Made by a program: the position numbers and the translations under genes. From assembly GCA_023213395.1 (NCBI GenBank), contig CM041465.1:126301741-126365740 (forward strand): DNA of 64,000 nucleotides, in the 5' to 3' direction. Origin of the DNA: Cycas panzhihuaensis (Eukaryota > Plantae > Cycadophyta). This document shows, piece after piece, positions 61,269-64,000 of this stretch. The notes below the pieces were generated by a model, which was not told the DNA's origin, ran no database searches, and worked only from the letters and a program-made list of their open reading frames with translations. Position 1 is the first letter of the stretch. Each line of letters starts with the position of its first letter.

Positions 61269-64000
61269 TCTACCTTCATTTTAGTTTGTAGAAATGGTGC
61301 TTCAAAGCTTCCTTAGTAGAAAGACGTTCCCTTGGGTCAAACTTCAACAAACCTCGAAGATGGGGTGTTGTTTGAAGAAAACGTCTTCTTTAAGGTCTCT
61401 GTTGAGGAAAGTACCCTTCACATCTATTTGCTAAATATGTCGATTAAATTAGATTGCTAAGGACATAACCAAATGGAATGTGATCACATTGGCTATCGGT
61501 GCAAAGGTCTTATCATAATCAATCCCCTCTTGTTATTTAAAAGCTCTTGTTATAAGGCGAGCTTTGCGAGTGTCATACTTTGTAAGGCCTTTTAGCAGTT
61601 ATGGGAGGAGGAACATCCATTAATAATTGTTATACCCATTAGGATTTAGTTGAATGCTAGTGGCTTCCACCTGAAGTTCATCAACTAAAATTGGAGGTAA
61701 AGTTATACTTTCTTGAGTTGTTGATGTAGATGCTACTGGAATCGATGAAGGAGAATTTGTAGGAGGAGACTAGTTTTGATGGCTCCACAATTTGTCCAAG
61801 AGTCACTTAAGATACATAAACTACTTCTACTACTATAATATAAGGTTGAGGTGAAGGTAGGTCCTATGAATCTTCTATAAATATTATATCCTGTGTTGCG
61901 TAAACTTGGTTACCAACTATGTCAAACACTTTATAGGCTTTACAACCAAGTACATAGCTAAAGAAGATGCATTTTAGGCTCTTGTCATCAAGCTTCTTTT
62001 CATTTTCCTTTGAAATATATTTATATTCCATGCATCCAAAGATTTGCAGTACTATCGATGGTTTCTGACCTGACCAAACTTCTTCAAGAGTAATATTCCT
62101 AACTGCAATTCTAGGACTTATGTTGGTTAGGTAAGTAGTTATGGTTGTGGCATCAACCCAAGATCTGGTGGTAAGATTTGCAACACTAAGCATGGCTTCT
62201 CCTTTATTTATCAATGTCTAATTCATTCTTTTGACTACACCATTTTGTTGAGGTGTGTGAGGAGTTGGGAGGCGATGTTGGATGCCATGTTCTCTGCCCA
62301 AAATGTTGAACTGATTAGAACTATACTCTAAGCCACCATTATCAGATTTAAGGAGCTTGATTATCATTCTACTTTTCTTTTTTATGGCAGCTTTGAACTC
62401 TTTGAATTTATTTAGGGTTTTATACTTTTTTCTCAGGAGATAGACCTACATTTTCCTTGAGAAGTCATCTATGAATGTGATGAAATGCCAGCTTTTATTG
62501 AGTGGTTAGACAGGTACCGATCTGCGAATTTCTGGGTGGACCGTCTCTAACGGCGCTGAGGATCTCCATGCGTTCTTAGAAGGAAAAATTTCTCTTTAGT
62601 GCTTTTCTATTAGGCAAGCCTCACATATGTTGTTGTACCTCTTAATTTTATGTAAACCATGTACCATTTGGAGCTTAAACATGAGGTCCAAGCTTTGCAT
62701 GTTTAAATGACTTAGGCATTAATTCCATAGGTGTACTTTGGAGCTATTTGAGATGATAATTTCCTTTCAATATGAGAATTCACCTGGTTCTTATATACAG
62801 GGGGACTCTTCATTAATGACTTCATTTACCTTATCAATTTGAGCTATGTTGGGAATTGAACAAGCTTCATTTTATGGAGTAGTTGTAAGGGGGATACCAC
62901 CCAACCTATATAGGCCACCATCTTCATATCTTATGGCCACAAGCTTGCACGTTGCATGATCTGCGATTCTACTAATGCCCTAGACAAAGAGGACATCTAA
63001 ATTATGTTTGTTTATTTCATTGATATAGGGCAAGTTCATCTCCATTTTCGGTGCAAGGAATATATTATTGATGTGGTGCCTCATATTGGAGTCCTTCAAA
63101 GCTATTGGAGCCCTACCAATTTTGGTATTATCGTAAGTCAAATTATCCCCAAATGTGATAGTTTAAGTATCGACTGGGCGGGTCTCTTCTAATATTTTTT
63201 CTAATCCGATCATATATCTCGTTGCACTTGACTCAAGAAGCCATGCATCCTCATCAAGTTGTGCAGAAAGAGCTGTAAAAAATAGGTGATGGAAGGAGGA
63301 ATCCTAATTATGTACCACATTACTTCCATATTATTTATTATTATGATGGTTTCTTTAATTTTTTATAGTGAATTGTAGCTTATTTTGAGGGCTTTCTCCT
63401 TGGCGGTCTCGATTCAATTGTGTTGGTAGAATTGGCCTTGTGGTTGGAATGATGACCCTTCTTATTGTTGAATAAGGCCTCTTCATTGGAAATATAGGCC
63501 TCCTTGTTACAAAATAAGACCTCGCTATTATGGAAGCAGGGCTCTTTGTAGAAGGCACGATCCTCCTTAGTAATATCCTTGTCTCTATTAAGGTAACTAG
63601 GACCTCCTTGTTGATATGAGGGTGGTCCTTATTAGTAGATTAGGCCTAATCGTTGATAATAAGTGGTAGCTTATTAGGAGCGAGGCCTATATGATTAGCT
63701 CAATTGATTTTACAAGAGTTGTGAATCAACTTGTCCTCACTTGCATTAACAGAAGTGCCTTTTTTTATCATAGTAGAGGCAACTGACATATGGTCTAACC
63801 TATTAATTCTTTTAAAGTTGTGCATATGGCTGGTATTGAGGCTAGCGATGCGATGAGTTAGATGGGAGGAGGAGGTGTTAATTGGTTATTACTTCTCTTA
63901 GGTTGGTTGTTGATATGGCTCTTGGGATATGGTCAGAGAATCCAAGTGTTGAGTTAGATCTTGGTGTTGACTAAAATTTGTTGAGTTGATCTATTAATAG
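61269..64000 (-). pseudogene. Copia internal fragment, copy 3 (cut by the window end)
   Basis: Collinear with copies 1 and 2; ORF 61864-62214. Confidence 0.85.

Larger units (their letters stand above)
49983..64000. repeat. Tandem array of ~4.9 kb units (>=3, continues past the window end)
   Basis: The anchor CCATAAACCTTATTATTTAG occurs at 50001, 54923 and 59809 (periods 4922 and 4886). Paralogous ORFs: 52056/56981/61864 and 54572/59491. Confidence 0.97.

Noticed and set aside
49983-64000. Array as rDNA or tandem full-length retrotransposons
   Set aside because: No rRNA sequence; the internal part lacks PBS, PPT, the RT C-terminus and RNase H, and appears antisense to the LTR-like module

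Overview
Gene-free, repeat-saturated plant nuclear DNA (heavy C>T/G>A decay; the LTR style suggests a large, possibly gymnosperm-like genome, which is an inference). It consists of three contig pieces separated by two 500-N gaps (93-592, 43168-43667). Almost everything is nested, degenerate LTR retrotransposons. (1) A Tat-clade Ty3/Gypsy (593-~10602). After pol (RT-RH-INT, stop 3414) it carries a spliced antisense Plant Mobile Domain gene and then, head-to-head with it, a free-standing archaeal-type RNase H before a ~2.8 kb LTR. (2) An old Copia (10603-23195) holding two TSD-flanked nested insertions. (3) A second nest at 31-43 kb made of Copia and chromovirus pieces, a gag-only non-autonomous Gypsy and a 2.5 kb LTR. 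(4) A minus-strand Tat 5' half (43668-~49982). (5) A ~4.9 kb tandem array (>=3 units, to the window end) built from a ~1.9 kb LTR-like module alternating with an inverted 3 kb Copia fragment; one more inverted copy sits at 1-92. No intact host gene, RNA gene or CRISPR was seen. Domain calls come from manual translation across frameshifts. Coordinates marked ~ are approximate.
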